From positions 1,280,001 to 1,344,000 of the forward strand of contig CAVOKF010000005.1 in the NCBI GenBank assembly GCA_963696385.1: a stretch of 64,000 nt of DNA. Reading direction: 5' to 3'. Below are positions 21,911 through 31,159 of this stretch, piece by piece; the first letter of the stretch is position 1; the number at the start of each line of letters is the position of its first letter. The DNA comes from an uncultured delta proteobacterium. Lineage in GTDB: Bacteria; Myxococcota_A; Polyangia; Polyangiales; Polyangiaceae. The notes under the pieces are model-generated. The model saw nothing but the letters and a program-made list of their open reading frames with translations. It did no database searches and was not told the origin of the DNA. The translations under genes and the position numbers were made by a program.

Positions 21911-24643
21911 ATGTCGGCTCGTTACGCCGTAGGCATCGACCTCGGCACGACGCATACCGTGGTGGCCTGGGCGCCTCTCGAGGGGGCCGATACGCCGCGT
22001 GTTTTCGACGTTTCCCAGCTTGTCGGACCGAGTGCGGTCGAACAGCGACCGCTATTTCCATCCATGCTTTACGCGCCGGCCGAGAGCGAACGGTTCGAGG
22101 ATCCGTTCGGCGACGCCCCATGGGCGCTCGGCGAAATAGCGCGGTGTCGCGGCGCGGAAGTCCCGGGACGCACCGTCGTATCGGCGAAAAGCTGGCTCGT
22201 CCATCCAAGCGTGGATCGGCTGGCCGCCATTTTGCCATGGGCCGCCGCGGAAGGGTGCCCCCGCTGCTCGCCGGTCGACGCGGTGGCCCGACTGCTCGTG
22301 CACGTGCGCCGTGCGTGGGATGCTCGCTGGCCGGCCTCGCCGCTCAGCGAACAGGAACTGGTGCTGACCGTTCCTGCGTCGTTCGACGAAGTCGGCCGAG
22401 AGCTCTCGCTCGAGGCCGCGCGGCGTGCCGGCCTTTCGCCCAAGCTACTCGAGGAGCCGTCGGCGGCCTTTTACGACTGGATGTCGCGTGCCGGCACGGA
22501 CGGGGTCAATCGCCTGATCCACGAAATGTCCGGCGACGCGAGGGTGCTCGTGGTCGACGTCGGTGGAGGCACGACGGACTTGTCCCTGATTCGTGTGGCC
22601 GGGCCCGACCGAATCACCCGAGTCGCGGTCGGACCGCATCTGCTGCTGGGGGGCGACAACATGGATCTGGCGATCGCACACGCAACCGAGCCCCGGCTCC
22701 AGGCGACAGGCAAGCTCGATGCGTCGCGTTTCGCACAGTTGGTCGTCGCGTGCCGGGCCGCCAAAGAGACGTTGCTGGGCGATGGTTCGCCGGAGGTGGC
22801 GCCGGTCACCGTGCTCGGGGCCGGCGCGGCCCTGGTGGGGTCCGGCCGCTCCACGCCTCTGTTGCGCCACGAGGTCGAGCGACTCGTGCTCGATGAGTTC
22901 CTTCCGCTCGTTCCGGCCGATGCCCGGCCGCAGCGCGCGCGCAGTGCGCTCGTTGCGTTCGGGCTGCCTTACGAGCGCGACGCAGCGGTCACGCGCCACA
23001 TCGCGGCGTTTCTCGGCCGGCACGTGGGCCCCGGACAATGGCCGAACGCCGTTCTTCTGAATGGCGGGGTTTTCCGATCGGCGCGCATCGCCGGTCGGGT
23101 TCTCGAGGTCCTTCGCGCTTGGCGGGGCGGCGTCGTGGCGCATTTGCCCGGCGCGGACCCCGATTTCGCCGTGGCGTGCGGAGCGGTCGCTTACGCACGG
23201 GCTCGCCTTGGCCACGGCATGCGCATCGGCGGTGGCTCGGCGCGCGGCTACTTCGTCGGAGTGACGGCGGAGGGGCCTTGCCCCCGCGCGGTTTGCGTCA
23301 TCCCGCGTGGCGCCGAGGAGGGAGCGGTCCACGTGGCCCGCGGCCGAACGTTCGCCATCGCCGTCGGGCGGCCCGTCCGCTTCGATCTTTTCGAGAGCGA
23401 TGACGTCCATGCAAGTGCGGGCGCTGTCGTCGAGGTGGACTCCGTCCGCTTCGCGCGTTTGCCTCCGATCGCCACGACCTTCGCGGCCGGGGTCGCAGGC
23501 GACGTCCGCGTCGTCATCGAGGGAGAGCTTACGCCCGTCGGCACCGTCGATCTGGCGTGCGTCGAGACGAGCGATCCCAGCGAAGGCGGCGCCAGGACGG
23601 TCCTAGCTCCGATGGCGGATGAGCCTGCGGCGCGCCGATTCCGGCTCGCCTTTCAGCTTCGCCGTGACGAGGGGGAACCGGCGAGTCGCCCGCCGTTACC
23701 CGTGCCACTGCGGCGGATGGACACGGTGATCGATTTGATTGAAGGCGTGTACGGAAAACCCCGCGGCGGCGGGGCCGGACGCGAAGTCAAAGACCTGCTG
23801 CGCGAGCTCGAACGCCTGCTTGGCGAGCGCAGCGAATGGACCACCGAGATCAACCGCGCGATTGTCGACTCTCTAGCCCCGAAGGCCGCCGCGCGCCGCC
23901 GCTCTGCCGACCACGAGCGCATTTTCTGGCTGCTCGCCGGCTGGTGCATTCGCCCTGGTTTTGGCTATCCGGACGACGCGGCTCGAGTCGCCGGGCTTGT
24001 CCCGCGCTTCGAGGAACGACTCGCCTTTGCGGGTGAGGTTCGTGGCTGGCAGCAATTTTGGATCGCCTGGCGGCGCGTCGCGGGTGGGCTCGACGAGCCG
24101 ACGCAGACTCGGATGCGCGACAGCGTCGACCCGTACCTCGCGCCTTCGGACGCGAGGCGGCGTCCGAAGAAGGCGTGGCTGGCGCTCGACGAAGCGCTCG
24201 ACATGGCCGCGACTCTCGAGCGGGTTGCTCCCGCTCGTCGCGCGGAGCTCGGCGGGTGGGTCCTGGAGCGCACGTGGACCGATCGCGATCCACGTTTGTG
24301 GTCCGCCATCGGTCGGCTCGGCGCGCGGGCTCCGGCCTATGCGAGCGTCCACCACGTGGTCGCACCGCTCGTCGCGGAGCGGTGGCTGGATCATCTGCTG
24401 CGCGAGAAGTGGGGCTCGATTCCCACGGCCGTGCAAGCGGCGCTTCGGCTCGCGCGCATGACCGGCGACCGCTCGCGCGACATCGACGAACGGATGCGCC
24501 GCGAAGTCGAGCAGCGCCTCATGGCGGCAGGCGCGAAGCCTGAGCAGGTCATCACGCTGCGAGAAGTCGTGCCGATCGACGAGATCGAGCGGGTCGCGTT
24601 TCTTGGCGACGCGCTACCGCTCGGGTTGCGGTTGGTCCGCTAG
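21911..24643 (+). CDS. Non-canonical Hsp70-family ATPase with C-terminal DUF3731-like helical domain
   Basis: Same ATPase motifs as the upstream paralog plus a Trp-rich tail (FWLLAGWCIRPGFGYPDD, WSAIGRLGARAP); GAGG RBS before ATG 21911. Confidence 0.9.
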   Translation: MSARYAVGIDLGTTHTVVAWAPLEGADTPRVFDVSQLVGPSAVEQRPLFPSMLYAPAESERFEDPFGDAPWALGEIARCRGAEVPGRTVVSAKSWLVHPSVDRLAAILPWAAAEGCPRCSPVDAVARLLVHVRRAWDARWPASPLSEQELVLTVPASFDEVGRELSLEAARRAGLSPKLLEEPSAAFYDWMSRAGTDGVNRLIHEMSGDARVLVVDVGGGTTDLSLIRVAGPDRITRVAVGPHLLLGGDNMDLAIAHATEPRLQATGKLDASRFAQLVVACRAAKETLLGDGSPEVAPVTVLGAGAALVGSGRSTPLLRHEVERLVLDEFLPLVPADARPQRARSALVAFGLPYERDAAVTRHIAAFLGRHVGPGQWPNAVLLNGGVFRSARIAGRVLEVLRAWRGGVVAHLPGADPDFAVACGAVAYARARLGHGMRIGGGSARGYFVGVTAEGPCPRAVCVIPRGAEEGAVHVARGRTFAIAVGRPVRFDLFESDDVHASAGAVVEVDSVRFARLPPIATTFAAGVAGDVRVVIEGELTPVGTVDLACVETSDPSEGGARTVLAPMADEPAARRFRLAFQLRRDEGEPASRPPLPVPLRRMDTVIDLIEGVYGKPRGGGAGREVKDLLRELERLLGERSEWTTEINRAIVDSLAPKAAARRRSADHERIFWLLAGWCIRPGFGYPDDAARVAGLVPRFEERLAFAGEVRGWQQFWIAWRRVAGGLDEPTQTRMRDSVDPYLAPSDARRRPKKAWLALDEALDMAATLERVAPARRAELGGWVLERTWTDRDPRLWSAIGRLGARAPAYASVHHVVAPLVAERWLDHLLREKWGSIPTAVQAALRLARMTGDRSRDIDERMRREVEQRLMAAGAKPEQVITLREVVPIDEIERVAFLGDALPLGLRLVR

Positions 24644-25189
24644 CGCGGCGCCGAGTCGACGGCGCTCGAAGACGATCATCTCGCCCATCGTCTCGTGCTC
24701 ACGAGTGCCGATTCGTGTCATGCCCACTTTCTCGAGGACGCGCACCGACGCGCGATGCCACCCAAACGTCGCGGCTTGCACCGCGTGCACCCCGCGCTGA
24801 TCGAGCGCCCAGCACACGCATGCGCCAACGGCCTCGGTTGCGTATCCATAGCCCTGCGACCCTTCTTCGACGCCGTAAGCAATCTCCGAGATACCTTGGT
24901 CGTCCGGTTCGCCGCGGAACACGACGCTTCCGACCACCCGCCGATGGCCTGGTTCGGTCGCCACAATGATGACGCGGGCTCCCCAAAGACGGGCTGCGGG
25001 ATCGGCTCGGATGTCGTCGAGGGACACGGCAAACGCGCGCTCGATGAGCTCGCGGTTGGGCCAGCGCTCCGGCATCCGGGCGAACGCGAGCGACTCCGCG
25101 TCGTCACGGCGGCCGAGCAGAACGGCCTCGACCATCGCCACGGTCACGGGAAGCAACTGAAGTCGCGGTGTTCGAAGATACGCGGTCAT
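24614..25189 (-). CDS. GNAT N-acetyltransferase (RimJ/RimL-like)
   Basis: LRTPRLQL, EIAYG, QGYGYATEA and ASVRVLEKVGM motifs. Confidence 0.9.
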   Translation of the reverse strand: MTAYLRTPRLQLLPVTVAMVEAVLLGRRDDAESLAFARMPERWPNRELIERAFAVSLDDIRADPAARLWGARVIIVATEPGHRRVVGSVVFRGEPDDQGISEIAYGVEEGSQGYGYATEAVGACVCWALDQRGVHAVQAATFGWHRASVRVLEKVGMTRIGTREHETMGEMIVFERRRLGAALADQPQPER

Positions 25190-25219
25190 GCGCCGTGCCG
25201 GCGCATCGACGATACCGGG

Positions 25220-26509
25220 TTACCCGACGCCAGCCCAGCCCTTGACGACGTCGTCGAGACGGCGCTGCTCGTCCTCCTCGAGCAGCCCAACCGCGACGAC
25301 GCTCAGGCACTCGGGTCGTGCCAATCGGCGTGCGGCCTCGCATACTTCGCTGGCCGTCACCCGAACGAGCTCCGCGACGTGCTCTTCGACGGTGACAAAA
25401 CGGTCGAACAGAAGCCCTGCGGCGAAGAATGCGGACGTCTCTTCCGTCGAGTCGGCCAGCGCGCTCGCATCCCATGCGATTCTGCGCCGGATCCTGTCGA
25501 GTTCGTCGTCGGTCGGACCGTCCGATGCCAGCTCGCCGAACATGGCGAGGATTTCCCCTGCTACCCGCGCGGCGCGCTTGTGTTGCACCCCTGCGGCCAC
25601 GTCGACGACCCCGTCGTCTTCATAACCATCGTATCCGGCGGACACGTCGTAGCAGAGGCCGCGCGCATCGCACAGACGATGGTACAGACGCGTGGACATG
25701 CCATCGTCGATGACCCGCATCAATACGTCGAGAGCCGGTCGGTCCGGATCCGTCTCCGAGAATGCGCGTAGGCAAACGCGCAGTTCCGTCTGGCTCGACA
25801 CGCTCTCGACCACCTCGAGTCGAGCTTTTTTTTGCGTATGCGGCGGCGCCGCCGCGTGGATGCGCGCGCCCCGGGGCAGGCCCCCGAAGTCGCGCGCCGC
25901 CAGGCGCATCGCCTCGTCGACGTCGACGGCACCGGAGAACGCGAGAACGACGTTGTCGGCCGTATAGTGGATCGCGTGATGCTTGCGCAGCGTGGCCTCG
26001 TCGAACGCGCGCACTTGAGCCTCGTGGCCTGTGATTGTGAGTCCGAGCGGGTGGTCGCCGTAGATGAGCGCACGCGAGAGATTGTCTGCGTCGACCTGAC
26101 GGCCCTCGTCATCGACGTCTTCGAGGATTTCCTCGAGCACGATGCCGCGCTCGATGTCGATGTCCAAAAAAGCCGGTTCTGAGAGCACCTCACCGAACAA
26201 GCCGCAGGCCTCTTCGAGCGAGTCAGGAGGCAGTGTGAGCGAGAAGATCCCGTGGTCTACCTGAGTCGACGCAAAGAGCGAGCCGCCCAAGCGCTCGAAA
26301 GCGAGGTTGACTTCATGGGCGCTCGGCACACGACGGGTCCCTCGGTAGATCATGTGCTCGAGGAAATGGCCGATTCCGTTCGTCGCGCGGGTCTCGTAGC
26401 GTGACCCGACGCGTGTCCAAAGCCCGACGTGAGCTCGATGAAGCCGCGGTTGCGGTGCGGCGACGACTTGGATTCCGTTCGGCAGGACGGCGCGTCGGTG
26501 CTCGATCAC
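25220..26509 (-). CDS. M16 (pitrilysin) family zinc peptidase
   Basis: LPNG, GSRYE, HFLEH inverted zinc motif, STRLY...RGLCY; GTG start inferred. Confidence 0.92.
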   Translation of the reverse strand: MIEHRRAVLPNGIQVVAAPQPRLHRAHVGLWTRVGSRYETRATNGIGHFLEHMIYRGTRRVPSAHEVNLAFERLGGSLFASTQVDHGIFSLTLPPDSLEEACGLFGEVLSEPAFLDIDIERGIVLEEILEDVDDEGRQVDADNLSRALIYGDHPLGLTITGHEAQVRAFDEATLRKHHAIHYTADNVVLAFSGAVDVDEAMRLAARDFGGLPRGARIHAAAPPHTQKKARLEVVESVSSQTELRVCLRAFSETDPDRPALDVLMRVIDDGMSTRLYHRLCDARGLCYDVSAGYDGYEDDGVVDVAAGVQHKRAARVAGEILAMFGELASDGPTDDELDRIRRRIAWDASALADSTEETSAFFAAGLLFDRFVTVEEHVAELVRVTASEVCEAARRLARPECLSVVAVGLLEEDEQRRLDDVVKGWAGVG

Positions 26510-26510
26510 G

Positions 26511-28412
26511 TTAGTATTGGTCCTCGTCCTCGTCCGTGCCTGCGGCGCCGGCGTCGGTTCGCGCCTCTTGGACAAACGATTCGTCGATCTTGATGGCGTC
26601 TTTTGCATTCGCGCGAAGGCGCCGTACGTACAGAGCGAGGGCTTCGTCGCGCTTCGCGCGCAACAGCTCGGCTTCCAGTGCGTCGCGATCTTTTTCGAAC
26701 TCGTCTCTCGTCGCGATTTTTCGCTGCTTGAGTTGGGTCACGACGAAGCCGTCTCCGGTTCGAACGGGCTCGGTCTGTACGTCGCCCTCTTTGGCCTCGA
26801 AGGCGAAGTTTGCGACGCTGTTGGTTCCTTCGGGTGAGAGCCCGGGAAATGCATCGCCACCCCGGTTGAACGCGCTCGACGTTTGTGGTTGCGGACGGTC
26901 GCCGTCGGTGCTCGCGTCGAACCGGGTTGCCGCGATCGCCGGGCCGGCCGCGGCCGTGCCTTTCGCACGGCTCGGGCCGGTCGATCGGGGGACACTTGCA
27001 GGAGCTACGTCTGGACCCGCATCCGCGCCTCGCTTCTCGGAGCCCATCTGCAGGACCCGCAGGGATTCCGTCTTCGTCGTTCGTACGAACGGTGCTATCG
27101 CTTCGTTTACGGCGTCTTGCGCGGCTAAGCCGCGCCGCAGGACGTCACCGATCCGGGCGGCCACAGAACGGGCTGCATCGGTAGCCTTGGCTTTTGCGTA
27201 AAGGGTGTGCGCCAAGCTTCGCTTGAGTGGGCCATCCAGCTCGGCGCTCGCCGAGGGGTCGTCCCTTGCAATCAGGTGGTAACCGAACTGGGTCTCGATG
27301 ACGCCGGCGGTGATCTCACCGGGCCTGAGTGCGTCCGCTGCGGCCCTGAACGGAGCGACGAACCCGTCCGTTTTCTCGCCGACGTCGCCGCCTTGCGCCG
27401 CACTCGCCGCATCGTCGGACGTGTCGCGCGCAACTTCGGCGAACGGCTCGCCGGATTGGATCCGCGCTTTTGCCCATGACGCCTTGGCGAGCGCAAGCGC
27501 CTTCTCGTCGTCGGACGCCCCATAGGGCAGCTTCACGAGGATGTGCCGGATGTGCCCGCTCTTGGGCGCGTCGTCCTGTTTGCGCTCCTCGAAGGCCTTG
27601 TCGAACTCGGTCTGATGTTCTTTGATCCATGCGTCGACATCGCCGGGCTTGGCGTCGACCGCCCAGCGAGCCGCCCACGTCTCCTTGACGAGAATCCACG
27701 TGACGGTCGCAGTCGTGTAGCGTCGCTCGTACTCGTGCCACGCCTCCGAGGAGCTCACGCGGATGGGATCACGCAAAATATTACGCATCTTTGCAGCGAG
27801 CAACTCGCGCGACTGCTCTTCGCGAAACTCGGTCGGCGAGCGATTGCTGATGTTTCGGATCTGTCGCTCGTAGATCTTCATGTCGAAGGCCTTCGTCTTC
27901 GAATCGCGGAAATCGACAGGGATGGCGGCGTCGCGATTGTTGAAATGCGCCTGTGCGACGTCTTGCGAGATGAGACCACCGCGAGCGTACGACTGGTACA
28001 TTTGTTGAAGAACCGTCTGCAATACGCTCGGGTCCGCCGCCGGCACGCTGACGCGCACGAAGCCGTCATAGAGCTGATCGGTGACTTCATCCTCCGTTAC
28101 CGCGATGCGCAGCCGGCCCGCTTCGTCGTCGAGCAATTCCCGCTCGATGAGTCCGTCGAGTGCGACGCGCTTCAAGTTCATCCGGCGCGACAGATCGGCG
28201 CTGCGCGACGGCATGAGCATGCGATACGCTGAGCCGAAGTCCTTCGGATCAATGCAGCGCCCGCGAACGCGGGCCACGCACGTTTCGCTCAGGGAAGCCG
28301 TTCTCTGGGACGCGTTGGGCCGAAACTCAATCACGAATGTGAGTATCGTCGCGAGGATGATCGCGCCGTAGAGGACGCTCGATAGGCCTCGCTGGCGGAA
28401 GAATGCAAGCAT
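26511..28412 (-). CDS. ppiD: PpiD-like membrane-anchored parvulin PPIase/chaperone
   Basis: N-terminal TM, SurA-N-like region, HILVK...FAEVA...SDD...GGDVG...ETQFGYHLI. Confidence 0.82.
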   Translation of the reverse strand: MLAFFRQRGLSSVLYGAIILATILTFVIEFRPNASQRTASLSETCVARVRGRCIDPKDFGSAYRMLMPSRSADLSRRMNLKRVALDGLIERELLDDEAGRLRIAVTEDEVTDQLYDGFVRVSVPAADPSVLQTVLQQMYQSYARGGLISQDVAQAHFNNRDAAIPVDFRDSKTKAFDMKIYERQIRNISNRSPTEFREEQSRELLAAKMRNILRDPIRVSSSEAWHEYERRYTTATVTWILVKETWAARWAVDAKPGDVDAWIKEHQTEFDKAFEERKQDDAPKSGHIRHILVKLPYGASDDEKALALAKASWAKARIQSGEPFAEVARDTSDDAASAAQGGDVGEKTDGFVAPFRAAADALRPGEITAGVIETQFGYHLIARDDPSASAELDGPLKRSLAHTLYAKAKATDAARSVAARIGDVLRRGLAAQDAVNEAIAPFVRTTKTESLRVLQMGSEKRGADAGPDVAPASVPRSTGPSRAKGTAAAGPAIAATRFDASTDGDRPQPQTSSAFNRGGDAFPGLSPEGTNSVANFAFEAKEGDVQTEPVRTGDGFVVTQLKQRKIATRDEFEKDRDALEAELLRAKRDEALALYVRRLRANAKDAIKIDESFVQEARTDAGAAGTDEDEDQY

Positions 28413-28483
28413 GGGACGGCAGCCCGTCTATCACGCGCCTCCGGCTCCGTCGACGCTTCCGGCCCGCGCCCCGGTACCCTGGT

Positions 28484-28930
28484 TCAAGCGCGCTTCTCGA
28501 GCCCCAACGCGAACTTCACCTCGAGGATGGCGTGACTCAACTCGGTGGCGATTTTCGCGTACGTGACTTCGTAAAACACGTCGAGAGTTCGCTCGGGGTC
28601 GCCGGGATCCGCCACGCGCATGACAGAGGTCCCCTGTTCCGAAAAGCCCGCGGGGAGCGACGAGGTTGCCAAGATACGAACCCGCTCGAAAAGACGGACG
28701 TCGTCCTCGTTCGGGAAGTCGGCCTTTTGCACCCGAAAGACGACGCGCACCTCGAGCGGGTCTGCAACCAGTAGCCGGACGCCCGAATCCATGATCAGGT
28801 TCTCGCGCGGCCGCTCGGCGAGAACGATCTCGTCACCACGGGTTCGGAACACCTCGAACCCGGCGTCTACGAGGGCTCGCTTGACCTGCGCCGCATTGCG
28901 CGGATCACGGGGGGCGGAGGACTCGGACAT
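28484..28930 (-). CDS. Hypothetical protein
   Basis: 148-aa ATG ORF with globular composition (AERPRENLIMDSGV; DPGDPERTLD). Confidence 0.75.
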   Translation of the reverse strand: MSESSAPRDPRNAAQVKRALVDAGFEVFRTRGDEIVLAERPRENLIMDSGVRLLVADPLEVRVVFRVQKADFPNEDDVRLFERVRILATSSLPAGFSEQGTSVMRVADPGDPERTLDVFYEVTYAKIATELSHAILEVKFALGLEKRA

Positions 28931-29256
28931 CGTTCACCGCGCTCTTCAGCCAAAGCCCGGAATCGCTACACGAATACGTCTGCGGGCGGGTCAGGGGCGC
29001 GACGCCTCCACACTATGGCATTTTTCGACCCACTGCTATCTTGCCGACTCATTGCCCTTGAAGAATCGTCGTAGCTTGACGCCGGCGGCGTGGTGGGGGA
29101 CGTGCATGGGCCGGAGCGGCGCACACCGCGGGCTCGGCTCACGCGCATCGCTCACCCCCGGCAACCTCGCAACGGCACGACGGCCGGCGGGCAACGGCGG
29201 GAGCCGGCCCGTCGCCGATGTCGATTTCCGAACTCGTGATAGATAGCAGCGTCGCG

Positions 29257-29758
29257 ATGGCGAGCACCAAGAGCCGTTTGCCCGACTGCGGGCTCTATAG
29301 GACCACCAAGCCCCTTCCCGACCACGAGGGGGAAGTGCCGGCGGGCACCCTCGTCTATTTCCACAACCACTCGGATTCGGGGCTCCCGGTCGTTATTGCG
29401 CCCGAGCACAACGTGCACAATCGGTGGCATTTTCACGGAAGCGGCATTCCGTTCCGCGGCTTGTCTTGGGCCGATACTCTCACGCGGCTTCCCTCCGAAG
29501 GCTTCTACGTGTTGAAGCGCGCTCTCTCGTTCGAGGGGGGGGAGTGGCCAAAGGCCACTCTCGTGCAGCTGGGCTTTACGAGGACCGGAGACCCCATCCT
29601 GTTTATCGCCCAGGTGCGCGCGCAGCTACAGGAAAACGATTCTGTATTTCAGCGACCGTGGGGTCGGCGTCACCGCGGAGCAGCTTGCTTTGCTCGAACC
29701 GGTACAGGTCTTTGCCGAGCCGATTCCGGCGGGCGTTCACTCCACCGGAGTCCACTGA
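29257..29758 (+). pseudogene. Hypothetical protein with a +1 frameshift at 29640/29641 (possible sequence error)
   Basis: MASTKSRLPDCGLYRTT...QLQEND, then one extra T. The shifted frame reads LYFSDRGVGVTAEQLALLEPVQVFAEPIPAGVHSTGVH* with GC-rich third positions and avoids a long overlap with the convergent gene. Confidence 0.7.
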
Positions 29759-29827
29759 CATGTCGCCGTGTCCGTTGGCCGACCTGCGCCGAAAGGCATG
29801 GGCTGCCGAGGCCCGGGTCCGCGTCCG

Positions 29828-30481
29828 TCACGGGAGATCCATCTGGGGCGTCCAGGAAGCGTCCAAGGTGCTGGCACGGGGGTCGCGTAGCATCGCTTCC
29901 CGCCACCTTACGCCGGGCGGTGAAGCATCGATCCAGTGGTAGCTCGGCTCCCGTACGTCGAGGTGAACGAATTGCGTACGTGGGTGCGTGTACACCCCTA
30001 CGCCGACCCGTGGCATCATCCGCAAGTAGGCCGCGAGTTCGGACGACCGGACTCCGTCGAGCTTGAAGTCGATCGCCTCGCCCGTGCCGTGGCGTGCCGC
30101 GCCGGTGCGCCAGCCGGATACGACGAGCACGGAGGCGCCGCGGAAATGATAAGCGGCTTTCATCACGAGCTGTTCGACGCGCGTAGAGAGGGGGTGGATC
30201 GGGTCGTCGTATCCCGAGGCGATTCGATCGAACGCCTCGCACGCTCCGGCGTCGATCGAGCCATCTTCTGCATAAAGCCGAACCCGAGCATTCGCGCGCG
30301 TGGCGACGTGCCGGACCTCGATGGGATCCAGGGCTGTGGCCCAATGCGCGACGCGAGGACGGGGCACGTCGGCGGTCAAGTGCGATTCGTCGCAGATTTG
30401 CGGCTCGCGGCCGCCGCCGTAGGCGGGGGCATCGCGCGCGGCGAAGAGGACCAAGAGACCGAGCCATTTGGCAAACCGCAT
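29828..30481 (-). CDS. Secreted DUF882/YcbK-like peptidase M15 protein
   Basis: Signal peptide; SGWR...RHGTGEAID and GVGVY...FVHLDVR zinc-ligand motifs. Confidence 0.85.
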   Translation of the reverse strand: MRFAKWLGLLVLFAARDAPAYGGGREPQICDESHLTADVPRPRVAHWATALDPIEVRHVATRANARVRLYAEDGSIDAGACEAFDRIASGYDDPIHPLSTRVEQLVMKAAYHFRGASVLVVSGWRTGAARHGTGEAIDFKLDGVRSSELAAYLRMMPRVGVGVYTHPRTQFVHLDVREPSYHWIDASPPGVRWREAMLRDPRASTLDASWTPQMDLP

Positions 30482-30539
30482 GGGCGCCTTCAAAGCTGAC
30501 GCAAGAAAGACAGCTGCGCTACGCTCGCCGGCCGCCCTG

Positions 30540-31070
30540 ATGGATTTGCGCGCAGATGCCCACGTCCCCTTCCCCCGCGGCATGGTCTTCGCCGCTTATC
30601 GCGACGACATGCCGCACGTTCTGCGGTACTTGCCCAACGTTCGGAGTATCGAGATCACGTCGCGAAGACAAGAGGGTCCTCGCGTCGACGTCGTGAACGT
30701 CTGGCATGGTGGAGGGCAGATTCCGAGGGCTTTGCGGGCCGTTCTCAACGAATCGATGCTTCAGTGGACCGACCATGCGACCTGGGATGCGTCGTCGTTC
30801 CGCTGTGAGTGGCGTACGCAGACGCACGCGTTTCCCACGGCCGTCACGTGCAGCGGATGCACCGTGTTCATGGAGGACGGTCCCCGCGCGTCGCTGCTCG
30901 AGATTCGCGGCGAGCTCACGGTCGATGCCAAGAAGATTCGCGGGGTCCCGTCGTTCGTGGCTGCCAACCTGAGCCGGCTGATCGAAGATTTCTTGGTCGC
31001 CAACATACGAGCGAATTTCGCCGAAACCGCTCGTGGACTCGCGAAGCATCTGACCGATCGCGCCGGTTAG
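30540..31070 (+). CDS. START/SRPBCC-fold (DUF2505-like) protein
   Basis: YLPNVRSIE, WHGGGQIP, WTDHATWD and a C-terminal helix typical of helix-grip folds (inference). Confidence 0.7.
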   Translation: MDLRADAHVPFPRGMVFAAYRDDMPHVLRYLPNVRSIEITSRRQEGPRVDVVNVWHGGGQIPRALRAVLNESMLQWTDHATWDASSFRCEWRTQTHAFPTAVTCSGCTVFMEDGPRASLLEIRGELTVDAKKIRGVPSFVAANLSRLIEDFLVANIRANFAETARGLAKHLTDRAG

Positions 31071-31159
31071 CACTGCCATGGAAATAACGACATAAGTCGT
31101 TGAATGTCCATCCAAGGGGGGGGTGGGCCAGCTGCCCATCCGGTCTGTCGCGGAGTAGA

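Noticed and set aside
20076..24643. Calling the Hsp70 genes dnaK, hscA or mreB
   Set aside because: They lack the canonical linker, lid and co-chaperone context, and are too long for MreB.
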